45,658 nt of DNA. Origin: Candidatus Peregrinibacteria bacterium (lineage in GTDB: Bacteria > Patescibacteriota > Gracilibacteria > Peribacterales > Peribacteraceae). Shown piece by piece: positions 1 to 8,924 of this stretch (position 1 is its first letter; the number at the start of each line of letters is the position of its first letter). The stretch covers positions 1 to 45,658 of the forward strand of contig JACOTD010000075.1 of the NCBI GenBank assembly GCA_016178535.1. Reading direction: 5' to 3'. Under the pieces are notes generated by a model that saw only the letters and a program-made list of their open reading frames with translations, was not told where the DNA came from and ran no database searches. The position numbers were made by a program, and so were the translations under genes.

Positions 1-39
1 AGGGGGCTGATGTCATGAGCATTCTTCTCTCCGTCTGCT

Positions 40-1056
40 TTACGACGTGGTGGAAGAAGCCGAACAGCTTCTATGCGGCATACAGAGCCATTGTCCAAAA
101 GTGGCAGGCTGCCTGAGCCGCAGGGTCAGTGAGCGGCTACCGTACGACATGTTGTTGTATCGCGCCGCCATTGCGCGGAGGCGCTTCAATTCGGTATCGA
201 CCATGTCCTCCAATTCCTGACGCTTCTTGAGCGCGGCGGCGAGTTCTTCCTGCGCTTGCAGATTCGAGGGATCTTCCTCGAGCGTGTGTTCGGCGGCGGC
301 GATCTGCGCCTGATTGTTCTGGAACTGGATCCCGATCGGACCCGACGCGACTCCCACCGGAAACTGATTGATCCCGATCGGGCCGCCCGGCGCCACCGTG
401 GAGAATCGGAAGCGACGCATCCTCTGGAGAGATCGTGGCGAGAGCACGATCTTGAGAAGTTTGCCGATGATTGTGATGAGGAACGTGAGTGTGGTTCTCA
501 TTTCCTTATCGTTCAACGCAGGAATGTCCTTTGCGTTGATCGCAGGATTGAGTAGGAGATTCCCCTTTCCATCGTTGCTGATGGCGTAACGCTCCGTCAG
601 AGCTCTCTGCTGCTGCAGATGCCTGAGCGCGAGATCCGGATCGCCGGAATTTTTGAATTCGGTCACAAGTTTCTGCTTCGCCTCGTCCTGCGTCTTGGAA
701 TCTGCGGCCAGCAACGCCGTCACAGCGGCATCGAGCGCTTTCTCCTTTTCCGGTGCAAGCTTCTTCACGTTCTCCGCGCCGCCTTCTTTCTTCTCATCAT
801 CTCCCAACTGCTTTTTCTTGCCATCGGATTCTTCTGCCATGAATGCCTTCCAAAAAGCATCCAATCCTCTTTTCAACCTCTCGACTCTGTCCTTCACCAT
901 TTTCTCCACATCTATGCTCATTGGGGTCTCCGGCGATTTCTCCGAACCTTTTCCTTCAGCAAACGGGCAGAGACGCTGCTCACCCCAAGGAATCGCGAAG
1001 GCATCGCTGCGATGACAGATGTTCATTGGAAGTGAGGGAATGTTGGTCTTTCCCAC
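40..1056 (-). CDS. hypothetical protein (charged, coiled-coil-like centre)
   Basis: Longest ORF here (338 codons). GTG at 1056, first ATG at 1026, TAA at 40-42. No family motif recognised. Competing + strand ORFs are short and low-complexity. Confidence 0.45.
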   Translation of the reverse strand: MGKTNIPSLPMNICHRSDAFAIPWGEQRLCPFAEGKGSEKSPETPMSIDVEKMVKDRVERLKRGLDAFWKAFMAEESDGKKKQLGDDEKKEGGAENVKKLAPEKEKALDAAVTALLAADSKTQDEAKQKLVTEFKNSGDPDLALRHLQQQRALTERYAISNDGKGNLLLNPAINAKDIPALNDKEMRTTLTFLITIIGKLLKIVLSPRSLQRMRRFRFSTVAPGGPIGINQFPVGVASGPIGIQFQNNQAQIAAAEHTLEEDPSNLQAQEELAAALKKRQELEDMVDTELKRLRAMAARYNNMSYGSRSLTLRLRQPATFGQWLCMPHRSCSASSTTS

Positions 1057-1095
1057 TATTGTACCAGATTTCTCATGTGTGAGCCATCGGGATCT

Positions 1096-1459
1096 GGTGT
1101 GTTTTGTTGGTGTTTTACCTCACCCCCAACCCCTCTCCTGCCTTTTATCGTTGGTCGTCTCGAAGTGTTTGGGAGTTTTCCTTCTGTACGAATGGCAGGA
1201 GAGGGGAATGTTTTGTAGGTTGTTTTGTTTCCTCTATCCCCCGTCCCCTTTCTCCGGGGGAGAAAGGGGGGGCCTTGATCATTGGAAATTCTCCCCTCCT
1301 CCATCGGAGGAGGGGTCGGGGGTGGAGGGAAAAACACAAACACTCCCCTCTCCTTCCTCTGATCCTTCAAGAATATCTTTCATTCCCGAAGAAAGGAGAA
1401 CCCAAGAAAAGGAGAGGGGCTGGGGGTGAGGTCACACATCAAAAACAAACAACAACCCC
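1096..1459. repeat. MITE-like array of four G-rich hairpin modules bounded by ~45-nt inverted repeats
   Basis: Units at 1096-1142 and 1196-1272 (inverted) and 1291-1353 and 1409-1459 (direct). The outer units are reverse complements (AGGAGAGGGG[C/T]TGGGGGTGAGGT...). Inner units carry CCCCTTTCTCC/GGAGAAAGGGG and CCCCTCCTCC/GGAGGAGGGG hairpins. Confidence 0.8.
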
Positions 1460-1465
1460 TATACT
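1460..1465 (+). promoter_or_regulatory. -10-like TATACT, 6 nt upstream of the nth start
   Basis: TATACT followed by CCCCCC, then GTG at 1472. The same hexamer and spacing recur at other genes in the window. Confidence 0.35.
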
Positions 1466-1471
1466 CCCCCC

Positions 1472-2131
1472 GTGACTCCCCGTATTTCCACCGACACTGT
1501 TCTCCAAAAGCTCGACGCGCTCCACAGGCCGCCGCGGACATTCCTCGACTGGGACACGCCCTTCCATCTGTTGATGGCGACGATCCTGAGCGCACAGTGC
1601 ACGGACAAGATGGTGAACCGCCTGAGTCCGAAGCTCTTCGAGAAGTATCGAACGCCCGAAGATCTCGCGCATGCGAAGATCGAAGAGCTCCAGCGCGACA
1701 TTCACTCCTGCGGCCACTTCCGCGTGAAGGCGAAGTACCTGAAGACCGCGAGCGCGATGCTCATTGAAAAGTTCAATGGAAAAGTCCCCGAGACGATGGA
1801 AGAGTTGCTGACGCTCCCCGGGGTGGGACGCAAGACCGCCGCCGTGATCCTCTATGCGGTCTTCAAGAAGAATGACGGCATCGCCGTGGATACGCACGTC
1901 TTCCGCGTCGCTCGCAGGCTTGGACTCTCGAACGGCAAAACACAAGCGAGCATCGAGAGGGATTTGATGGAGCAGACCCCTCGTGCGCAATGGGGCAAGC
2001 TCCACACGCTCCTCATCATGCACGGCCGGACGATCTGTACGGCGAGGAATCGAAAGTGCGGCACGTGCATGTTCTGCGAAGAGTGCCCGTCATCGTGGGT
2101 GAGGAGAAAGAAGGATTTGGCTAATGAATGA
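1472..2131 (+). CDS. nth: endonuclease III (DNA glycosylase/AP lyase)
   Basis: HhH-GPD motif LPGVGRKTAAVIL. C-terminal 4Fe-4S loop CTARNRKCGTCMFCEEC. 219 aa, GTG start. Confidence 0.9.
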   Translation: MTPRISTDTVLQKLDALHRPPRTFLDWDTPFHLLMATILSAQCTDKMVNRLSPKLFEKYRTPEDLAHAKIEELQRDIHSCGHFRVKAKYLKTASAMLIEKFNGKVPETMEELLTLPGVGRKTAAVILYAVFKKNDGIAVDTHVFRVARRLGLSNGKTQASIERDLMEQTPRAQWGKLHTLLIMHGRTICTARNRKCGTCMFCEECPSSWVRRKKDLANE

Positions 2132-2169
2132 GGAAATGTAAGTGCGAATGAATTCGCGTCTTCGTTTCC

Positions 2170-2201
2170 GGTTAGCCGCCGGTTTAAACCGGCGGCTAAC
2201 C
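2170..2201. terminator. perfect 32-nt palindrome between convergent genes (candidate bidirectional terminator)
   Basis: GGTTAGCCGCCGGTTT/AAACCGGCGGCTAACC, flanked by a second inverted pair GAATGAATTC...GAATTCATTC. Lies between the nth stop and the stop of the 2293-3552 gene. Confidence 0.55.
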
Positions 2202-2292
2202 GCAAGCGTTTTCCGGAATTCATTCCGGCGCTCTCGGAAGGACTGTCCGAGCAGTGCAGCGGTTACCGATTGCCTATCGACTCACGCTCTCC

Positions 2293-3552
2293 TCAAAACA
2301 TCAGCCACCCCGCCACACCCGTCTGAATCAGCGTGACGTTCAGTACCGCGAGACCCATGGCGCACGGGAGGCCGATGCTCGCCCAACGGCGGAACGAAAT
2401 CCCGTGGCGTTCCTTCAAGACGATGTTGCAGACGTTCCCCGGCACGAGTCCCACCCCCCACAGTGCGAGCGAAATGCCCAGCACCAGAACCAACGATTGC
2501 GGCATGCCCTTGTGGATTTCCAAGAGCCCCAGGAGCGCATTGTCCGCAACCGAGCTCACGGCATTGCCGAAGAACGCCGCGAGCGGGGGCAGATCGGCAA
2601 AGACGCGCGCGGCGACGGGCTTCGCCGCTTCTCCAAAGAGGAGCAGACCGAGAACGAAGAAGTAGAGCTTGGTCGTAGAGTGGAGAATCCGATCGAATTC
2701 ATGGGAGAAGTCATGCGCGTGTTCTTCGAATTCCTCCACGGCGTGGAGCGCCTCCTTCACTTCCATCACGTCCTTCTTCTGGGCCACGACTCTCTCGGCG
2801 CGATGCACGTCCTTGAGCATCCGTTCCTCGAGCGTCTCCGGGATGATGCGCGAGCGGGAGGCCAGGAATCCCGATGCGAAGGCGAGCGCCAGGATATTCA
2901 CGATGTAGATGCCGCCGAACGTACGCAGCAAATAGCCGCTTCCTTCTCCCAAGGTTTGCGCGATGAAGAGCGAGAGCGGTTCCCCCACGGTCGTGAGGAG
3001 CGCCGAGAGCCCGATCGCGGCGGCGTAGAGGATCACGCAGGGCGTGTAGTCGCGATGCGTCACATCCCGCAAAATGGCGAAGAAGAGCGCTCCGATCACC
3101 GCCATGACGACGACGGAGAGAGACCCGAGGCTGCCCGCGATGAGGGTCCAGAGGAACACCAGCACGGGTGGATGGATGGTGCGCGACCATCGTCGCAATC
3201 CTCGATGGAGAGGACGGCGCAGAAAGAGCAGGAGGAGCGAGAGCGAGAAGTAGCAGAGGATCAACACCCACGGTTCGAGGAGTAATAGGTGGAGACCGCT
3301 GCGTTGGCTGAGGAGAAGGGTCTGGACGAAGGCTCCCGTATCGAACTGCACGACGCCCAGGCTCAGCGAGAGCCAGAGGAGCCCCGCGCCCAGAAAGAGC
3401 ATGAAGTAGCCCAGTTGATCATCGATCCACCGGATACACATCGGCAGCACGATGAGCGCAACGAGGCTCCCGAGCATCGCGAGGCTCAGGAGTCGTACGG
3501 GAACGGTCCAGAATGGGTCCATCCGTTCGTCGGAAAATGATGAAAAGTTCAT
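2293..3552 (-). CDS. polytopic membrane protein, possibly DUF1646-like cation transporter
   Basis: Track ORF 2293-3813 trimmed to the ATG at 3552, which overlaps the amt stop as ATGA. Multiple hydrophobic segments flank a charged central loop. The family call is from memory of the architecture only. Confidence 0.6.
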   Translation of the reverse strand: MNFSSFSDERMDPFWTVPVRLLSLAMLGSLVALIVLPMCIRWIDDQLGYFMLFLGAGLLWLSLSLGVVQFDTGAFVQTLLLSQRSGLHLLLLEPWVLILCYFSLSLLLLFLRRPLHRGLRRWSRTIHPPVLVFLWTLIAGSLGSLSVVVMAVIGALFFAILRDVTHRDYTPCVILYAAAIGLSALLTTVGEPLSLFIAQTLGEGSGYLLRTFGGIYIVNILALAFASGFLASRSRIIPETLEERMLKDVHRAERVVAQKKDVMEVKEALHAVEEFEEHAHDFSHEFDRILHSTTKLYFFVLGLLLFGEAAKPVAARVFADLPPLAAFFGNAVSSVADNALLGLLEIHKGMPQSLVLVLGISLALWGVGLVPGNVCNIVLKERHGISFRRWASIGLPCAMGLAVLNVTLIQTGVAGWLMF

Positions 3553-5042
3553 CGGCCCGCCATGGCGGGCTGCGGCGATTTGCGTTCTGCATTGATCATG
3601 CTCATCGCCATATCGGTTGCCATGATGGATGGGAGAGGAGCGACGAAGTCCGGAGGGTAGCCGAGCGCGCCCATCTCCGGCATGTCCAGACCGGCAAGCT
3701 CGTCGGCGGCCGAGACGCGGAGCAAGCCGAATACGCCCAGGATCTTGAAGAACGCATACGAGAGGCCCCCAACCACAATCACGATGGACGCGACTTCCAG
3801 ACATTGCGACCAAATTTGCGTGTATCCGCCATAGAAGATGCCCGTGACAGGTCCTGTGACGCCGTTCCAGCCGGCGGTGTCCGGGTTGGCGTTGGCGAAG
3901 AGACCCACGGACAACACGCCCCAGATGCCGTTGAAGAAGTGCACAGGGACGGCCCCCACCGGATCATCGACTCTCCACTTCTCCAACATCATCGTCGCTC
4001 CACATACCCATATGCCTGCCACGATCCCGATGAGCGTCGCCGCCGCAGAGGATACGAAAGCACAGGGAGCGGTGATGGCGACGAGACCTGCGAGAATGCC
4101 GTTCACGGACATGGAAGGGTCGGGCTTCTTCGTCGGACCCAGGACCCACATGGTGAGCATGGCCGCCGTCCCTCCCGCGGCTCCCGCCATGAGCGTGTTG
4201 ACCGCCGCGATGGTGGCGAGGTTCCGCAGCCCTCCCGTGAAGCCCAGGGCCGACCCCGGGTTGAACCCGAACCAGCCGAAGAACAGGATGATCGCGCCGA
4301 GAACTCCGAGCGAGATGCTGTGGCCGGGGATGGCGTTCGCCGAGCCGTCCTTGTTGAATTTGCCGATGCGGGGTCCGAGCGCGATTGCTCCAGCCAGCGC
4401 CACGGCACCCCCGATCATGTGCACGACGCCCGATCCTGCAAAATCCACGGCACCATTTCCGAGACCCATCGTACGTCCCAAGTTCGCAAGCCACCCGCCT
4501 CCCCATACCCATCCGCCGACGAGCGGATAGATGAACATGCTGACCCACATGCCCATGAGGGCGAAACCGACGAATTTCAGACGTTCGGCCATTGCCCCGG
4601 TCGGGATGGTGGCCGCCGTGTCCATGAAGACCATCTGGAAGAGGAAGAATCCGAGCACCCCGACATTGGCTCCGAGTCCTGCGAGCATGAACCCGTTCCA
4701 TCCGAGCACCCCCGACCCGCCGAGGAGGAGCGGCTTCGTGAGCATGCCCGTCCAGTCGCCGAGCGAGGTGGGAGCGAAGGAGAACGCCTGCAGTCCGTGG
4801 ACGGCCGGGTAGGTGTAATTGACGCCGCCGAATTGCAGCGCGAAGCCCGTGAGCCAGTATCCAACGGCTCCGATGCAGAAGACCATCATATTCATCATCA
4901 TCGTATGCGCCACATTCTTCGCGCGGGTGAAGCCCGTTTCGACCAAGGCGAAACCGGCCTGCATGAAGAAGACCAGAAAGCCGGCCACGAGGAGCCAGAG
5001 GAGATTGACGGAGAAGAGGAGATCGGCTGCGGTCTTGTCCAT
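3549..5042 (-). CDS. amt: ammonium transporter (Amt family)
   Basis: Motifs FFMQAGFALVETG, VVHMIGGAVALAG, GWFGFNPGS, VHFFNGIWG. Start set at MDKTAADLL (5042). The upstream ATG at 5096 would translate through a perfect hairpin. Confidence 0.9.
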   Translation of the reverse strand: MDKTAADLLFSVNLLWLLVAGFLVFFMQAGFALVETGFTRAKNVAHTMMMNMMVFCIGAVGYWLTGFALQFGGVNYTYPAVHGLQAFSFAPTSLGDWTGMLTKPLLLGGSGVLGWNGFMLAGLGANVGVLGFFLFQMVFMDTAATIPTGAMAERLKFVGFALMGMWVSMFIYPLVGGWVWGGGWLANLGRTMGLGNGAVDFAGSGVVHMIGGAVALAGAIALGPRIGKFNKDGSANAIPGHSISLGVLGAIILFFGWFGFNPGSALGFTGGLRNLATIAAVNTLMAGAAGGTAAMLTMWVLGPTKKPDPSMSVNGILAGLVAITAPCAFVSSAAATLIGIVAGIWVCGATMMLEKWRVDDPVGAVPVHFFNGIWGVLSVGLFANANPDTAGWNGVTGPVTGIFYGGYTQIWSQCLEVASIVIVVGGLSYAFFKILGVFGLLRVSAADELAGLDMPEMGALGYPPDFVAPLPSIMATDMAMSMINAERKSPQPAMAGR

Positions 5043-5064
5043 AGGGAAGGGGGGAAATTGGTAG

Positions 5065-5084
5065 AGACGCCGCACGCGGCGTCT
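5065..5084 (-). promoter_or_regulatory. perfect 8-bp hairpin between glnA and amt (candidate attenuator or processing site)
   Basis: AGACGCCG-CACG-CGGCGTCT lies between the glnA stop (5103-5105) and the amt start (5042). Confidence 0.4.
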
Positions 5085-5102
5085 GAATGGATCCATGAAT
5101 GT

Positions 5103-6605
5103 TCACGCATCGAAATATTTGAAGAATTCATGCGCGGTGGGGCGCATGTTTTCATCATTCACCTCGGCGCGTTTTCCCTCGATGAAGGCGGTGAGGAACG
5201 CCTCGGAGAAGACGCCGCGAGAGGTGAGGAAGTCGTGATCCGCCTCGAGCGCATCGAGCGCTTCACCGAGGGTCGCGGGCGCGTGCTTGATCGCCGCGAG
5301 CTTCTCCGCCGCCATGTGGTAGAGGTTCTCGTCGGTGTGGTCGCCGGGCAGGAGCTCGCGCTCGATGCCGTCGAGGCCTGCGAGGAGGAGGGCGGCGAAG
5401 GTGAGGTAGGGATTGCAGATGGGATCCGGCAGTCGGAACTCCACGCGCTTGGTCTTGGGATTCGTGGAGTACATGGGAATGCGGATGGCGGCGGAGCGAT
5501 TGCGGGCGGAGTAGATGAGGTTCACCGGCGCCTCGAAGCCCGGCACGAGCCGCTTGTAGCTGTTGGTGGTGGGGTTGCCGAGCGCGCACAGCGCGCCAGC
5601 GTGCTTCAGGAGCCCCGCGATGTAGTGGAGCGCCATGGGGCTGAGTCCCGCGTACTCCTCACCCGCAAAGAGCGGCTTCCCCTCTTTCCAGAGACTCTGA
5701 TGGACGTGCATCCCCGAGCCGTTGTCGCCGAAGAGAGGCTTGGGCATGAAGGTCACGGTCTTCCCGTGCCGGTAGGCGACGTTGCGGAGGATGTACTTGT
5801 AGCGCATGAGGTGATCCGCCATCGTCACGAGCTCGTCCCGTTCCATATCGATCTCCGCTTGGCCGGCGGTCGCCACCTCATGGTGGAACGTCTCCACCTT
5901 GATGCCCGCACACTCGAGCTCGCGCACCATCTGACTGCGCAGATCCTGCTGCTTGTCGGCCGGCGAGGCGGGAAAGTATCCTTCTTTGTGCCGGATCTTG
6001 TATCCGAGATTGCCGCCTTCCTCCTCCCGCCCCGTGTTCCAGATCGCCTCATCGGAATCGACGCGGTAGAAGGCGGTGTTCACATCCTCCCCGTACTGCA
6101 CCGAATCGAAGATGAAGAACTCGGCCTCCGGCCCGAAGTACGCCGTGTCAGCCACAGTGCTCGATCGCAGAGCATCCATCGCCCGGTGCGCGATCGTGCG
6201 GGGACTGGAATCGAAGAGTTCGCCGGACACGGGGTCCTTCACGTCACAGAGGAATGAGATCGTCGTATCTGCTTTGAAGGCATCGATGATCGCGGTGCGC
6301 GGATCGGGCATGAGGAGCATGTCGGATTCCTCGATCTGCTTGAAGCCGCGGATGCTCGAGCCGTCGAAGCCTCCTCCGCTCCTCAGGACATCGGGGAGCT
6401 CGTGGACAGGCTTGCTCGTGTGCTGGAGTGTTCCGGGCACGTCGACGAAGGTGAGATCGAACATCGTGGCCTCGTGCTTCCTGGCGAAGGCGAGAACGTC
6501 TTCGACCGTCCTCATCTGCGGCGTGAAAGCGAGGTCCTGTCCGCCGATCGGACGTCGCAGGGAGAGGAGCTTCTTCTCGAGTTCCATCGCGGGAATCGGA
6601 TTCAT
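5103..6605 (-). CDS. glnA: glutamine synthetase type I
   Basis: Motifs FDGSSIRGF, GSGMHVHQSLW, NSYKRLVPGFEAP, AIRIP, EFRLPD. Start ambiguous: the ATG at 6605 is the first plausible one, and the ATG at 6515 gives the canonical N-terminus MRTVEDVLAF. Confidence 0.9.
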   Translation of the reverse strand: MNPIPAMELEKKLLSLRRPIGGQDLAFTPQMRTVEDVLAFARKHEATMFDLTFVDVPGTLQHTSKPVHELPDVLRSGGGFDGSSIRGFKQIEESDMLLMPDPRTAIIDAFKADTTISFLCDVKDPVSGELFDSSPRTIAHRAMDALRSSTVADTAYFGPEAEFFIFDSVQYGEDVNTAFYRVDSDEAIWNTGREEEGGNLGYKIRHKEGYFPASPADKQQDLRSQMVRELECAGIKVETFHHEVATAGQAEIDMERDELVTMADHLMRYKYILRNVAYRHGKTVTFMPKPLFGDNGSGMHVHQSLWKEGKPLFAGEEYAGLSPMALHYIAGLLKHAGALCALGNPTTNSYKRLVPGFEAPVNLIYSARNRSAAIRIPMYSTNPKTKRVEFRLPDPICNPYLTFAALLLAGLDGIERELLPGDHTDENLYHMAAEKLAAIKHAPATLGEALDALEADHDFLTSRGVFSEAFLTAFIEGKRAEVNDENMRPTAHEFFKYFDA

Positions 6606-6859
6606 ACCGGAGGGGGAAGGGAGGAGACAGGAACGAAACACGAGTTTTGTACGTATTCCCCCCAGAAGAACCAAGCGGCGTTGCGCACAATGTTTCTCCT
6701 GTTCTTCTTTTGAACAACAGAATGGATCGTGCTCCGCGCAAGACAATTTCCTTTGGCATAGCCGTATGATTGCCCCCTTTCTCGCCAAGACTTCCTCCGC
6801 ATTGTTCTCCGAGATTACAGATTGCCATCCGTTCCGATCTTCCTTCTCATCTCACTTCC

Positions 6860-7636
6860 ATGGCCAAGGACCTTCAACACATCATCGAATCGATCGGACT
6901 GCCGGAGAAGGAAGCCTCCTTGTACTTGGCGGGGTTGCAGTTGGGATCGGCCCCCGCATCAAGCTTCGCGAAGGCCGCTCGTCTCAACCGCATCACGACG
7001 TATCATCTTCTCGAACAGATGGTTCATGCGGGGCAGTTCACCGTGGTCCGCAAGCTCCGAGCGAAGTGGTACGCGCCCGTCTCGCCGGAATCGCTCGCCG
7101 TCGAGGCGCGCAAGCATGTCGAAACGTTCGAGCGAGTGCTCCCGGAACTCCGCTCCCTTCATGGCGCGCAGTACCGCAAGCCCCACGTGCGCTTCTTCGA
7201 GGGATGGGAGGGCGTGCGCCACGTGTACGACGACACGCTGACGGCGACGACCGAACTCCTGAACTTCGCCAACTCCGCGGCCGTTCGGGCATTCTGGCCG
7301 GAGTACGACCTCGAGTACGTCGCGCTGCGCGTGGAGCGTGGCATCCGCCTGCGAGGCATCGCGCCCGACGACGCTACGGGGCGGCGCGTGCACGGGGAGG
7401 ATCGCAAACGCCTGCGGGAGATCAGGCTCGTGCCGGCGAAGGATTTCGACTTCGGCAACGAGATCAACATCTACGATTACAAAGTGGCCATCTGCTCGTT
7501 TGGCACCGGCAGCCACGAAGACGTCTTCGGGGTCATCATCGAGAGCAAGGAAGTGGCCGAAACGCAGCGGCAGATTTTCGAGATGGCGTGGAGATACGCG
7601 AAGCGAGAGGGAGCGAGAGAGAAGAGAGCGCGATGA
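6860..7636 (+). CDS. TrmB-family HTH transcriptional regulator
   Basis: N-terminal winged-HTH typical of TrmB-like proteins (GLPEKEASLYLAGLQLGSAPASSFAKAARLNRITTYHLLEQM). Divergent from glnA. Start at MAKDLQ. Confidence 0.75.
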   Translation: MAKDLQHIIESIGLPEKEASLYLAGLQLGSAPASSFAKAARLNRITTYHLLEQMVHAGQFTVVRKLRAKWYAPVSPESLAVEARKHVETFERVLPELRSLHGAQYRKPHVRFFEGWEGVRHVYDDTLTATTELLNFANSAAVRAFWPEYDLEYVALRVERGIRLRGIAPDDATGRRVHGEDRKRLREIRLVPAKDFDFGNEINIYDYKVAICSFGTGSHEDVFGVIIESKEVAETQRQIFEMAWRYAKREGAREKRAR

Positions 7637-7641
7637 TGTTT

Positions 7642-7677
7642 CTTGGTACTTGGCACTTCGCTATTCGCACTTGGCGC
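7642..7677. repeat. single-armed heptad tandem repeat (CTTGGTA CTTGGCA CTTCGCT ATTCGCA CTTGGCG)
   Basis: Five tandem 7-mers immediately after the regulator stop codon. No clear complementary arm nearby. Confidence 0.7.
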
Positions 7678-7720
7678 TTTCTCCACTCATAGGACAATTG
7701 GCAGAAGCACGGATTTTTGC

Positions 7721-7726
7721 TATACT
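7721..7726 (+). promoter_or_regulatory. -10-like TATACT, 10 nt upstream of the ATG at 7737
   Basis: TATACTGAAACGAACGATG. Confidence 0.35.
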
Positions 7727-7736
7727 GAAACGAACG

Positions 7737-8093
7737 ATGGACATCGCCTTCCTCTCACCGAAACGATTCCTCCACACGGTGGGCTTCGCCGTCCTCGTGA
7801 GCGCGCTCGTCGTGGCTGTCACGGCGACTCTCGGGCGGGCGATGCTGAACCTGAGCGGGGCGGTCTCGACGGATCAGCAGCCGGATCTCAGCCTCTTCCT
7901 GCTCCTCCAGAAGAAAGGGGAAGACATCCGTCAATCAACCCTCCTGCGCACGAGTGAAACGAAGCGCGATTACCTCGTGCAGACGCAGAGAGGACCGAAA
8001 ATCGTGGAGCTGGAGAAAGGATCGCAACGTTGGTATGTGAAATTCGAAGAAGCGCTGCAGGAAGACAGGGCAACAACCGAGGGCAGTCGATAA
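7737..8093 (+). CDS. hypothetical membrane-anchored protein
   Basis: 118 aa. One N-terminal hydrophobic helix (FAVLVSALVVAVTATL) and a charged C-terminal part. This is the internal ATG of track ORF 7338-8093. Confidence 0.45.
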   Translation: MDIAFLSPKRFLHTVGFAVLVSALVVAVTATLGRAMLNLSGAVSTDQQPDLSLFLLLQKKGEDIRQSTLLRTSETKRDYLVQTQRGPKIVELEKGSQRWYVKFEEALQEDRATTEGSR

Positions 8094-8125
8094 AAAGGCA
8101 ATACATGTGGATCTTTCAGGAATTG

Positions 8126-8872
8126 TCACGAAGAACGATTTTGTCGATGACGAACAACGAGGAGCGGAAACACCACCACCGCGTTCCAGATCCTTTTCCA
8201 TCGCCGCGGCTCGAGCACAAGTCTCCAGAGCCACTCGAGGCCGAGATACTGAAAAACTCGAGGAGCGCGCGCACGTTCCCCGGCGAGAAAATCAAAGGTG
8301 CCCCCGACTCCCATCGCCACACGCACGCTTGGGAGGTCTTTCAGGTGATCGGCAATCCACAGATCCTGCGCCGGCGCGCCGAAGGCGACGAGGAGGAGGT
8401 GTGGAGATGCGGCGTTGATGCGGTCGATCATCGCCTGAGCGTCTTCCGATCGCGGTGAACCGGAGAAGGTTCCGACGATGCGCAACTCGAGATTCTTCGC
8501 GATGAGCGCCGCAGCCGCCATCGGTGCAATGCCCGGGGGCGCGCCGAGCAGGAAGACGGGATGATCCGCAGGGAGACGCGCACAGAGGGCATGGACCGTG
8601 TCGACACCGGTGACGCGCGCAGGGAGATTCTGGCCCGTGAAGCGCGCCATGAAGAGGAGACCCACACTGTCGGGGAGATTGAGCGCCGCGTGCTGGAGCA
8701 CACGACGGAAGGCGGCATTGCGGTGGGCCTCGACGAGCATCTCGCTGTTGGGAGTTGCGACGTGATGGGGGGCGGGATCTTCGAGAAGTGCCATGAGCCG
8801 CACAACGGCTTCGTGCGTCGTGACGGGATCGAGCGGAACGCCAAGGAGAGTGACGCGAGAGAGAGCAGACAT
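8126..8872 (-). CDS. WecB/TagA/CpsF-family glycosyltransferase
   Basis: Motifs LLGVPLDPVT, ATPNSEM, GVGGTFDFLAGERARAP, GLEWLWRLVLEP. Trimmed to the ATG at 8872 (MSALSRV). Confidence 0.85.
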   Translation of the reverse strand: MSALSRVTLLGVPLDPVTTHEAVVRLMALLEDPAPHHVATPNSEMLVEAHRNAAFRRVLQHAALNLPDSVGLLFMARFTGQNLPARVTGVDTVHALCARLPADHPVFLLGAPPGIAPMAAAALIAKNLELRIVGTFSGSPRSEDAQAMIDRINAASPHLLLVAFGAPAQDLWIADHLKDLPSVRVAMGVGGTFDFLAGERARAPRVFQYLGLEWLWRLVLEPRRWKRIWNAVVVFPLLVVRHRQNRSS

Positions 8873-8924
8873 TGGTCGAAAGATTAGCAGGGAATCCCCT
8901 TCCGCGGCTGAAGCGGTGGACGCT

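Noticed and set aside
1104-1475. ORFs within the repeat array encoding PLSPGEKGG-type peptides (also 35002-35241)
   Set aside because: They are translations of the G-rich hairpin modules. The same peptide arises wherever the repeat occurs, on either strand.
2142-2336. 64-aa ORF over the 32-nt palindrome
   Set aside because: It reads through a perfect palindrome between convergent genes. The peptide (RLAAGLNRRLTA) appears on both strands (see also 1852-2223), as expected for a palindrome artefact.
5043-5096. N-terminal extension of amt (MDPFRRRVRRLYQFPPFP)
   Set aside because: The extension is encoded by a perfect 8-bp hairpin and is unlike Amt N-termini. MDKTAADLL at 5042 aligns with the first TM helix.
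3513-6257. 914-aa + strand ORF, the longest in the track
   Set aside because: It lies antisense to two well-supported genes (amt, glnA). Its composition is the Arg/Glu/His/Asp-rich pattern typical of the reverse strand of GC-rich coding DNA, and it has no motifs.
6076-7692. 538-aa + strand ORF spanning the glnA 5' end and the TrmB regulator
   Set aside because: It is antisense to glnA for its first part and out of frame with the motif-bearing regulator ORF. The sequence is low-complexity and Arg/Ser-rich.
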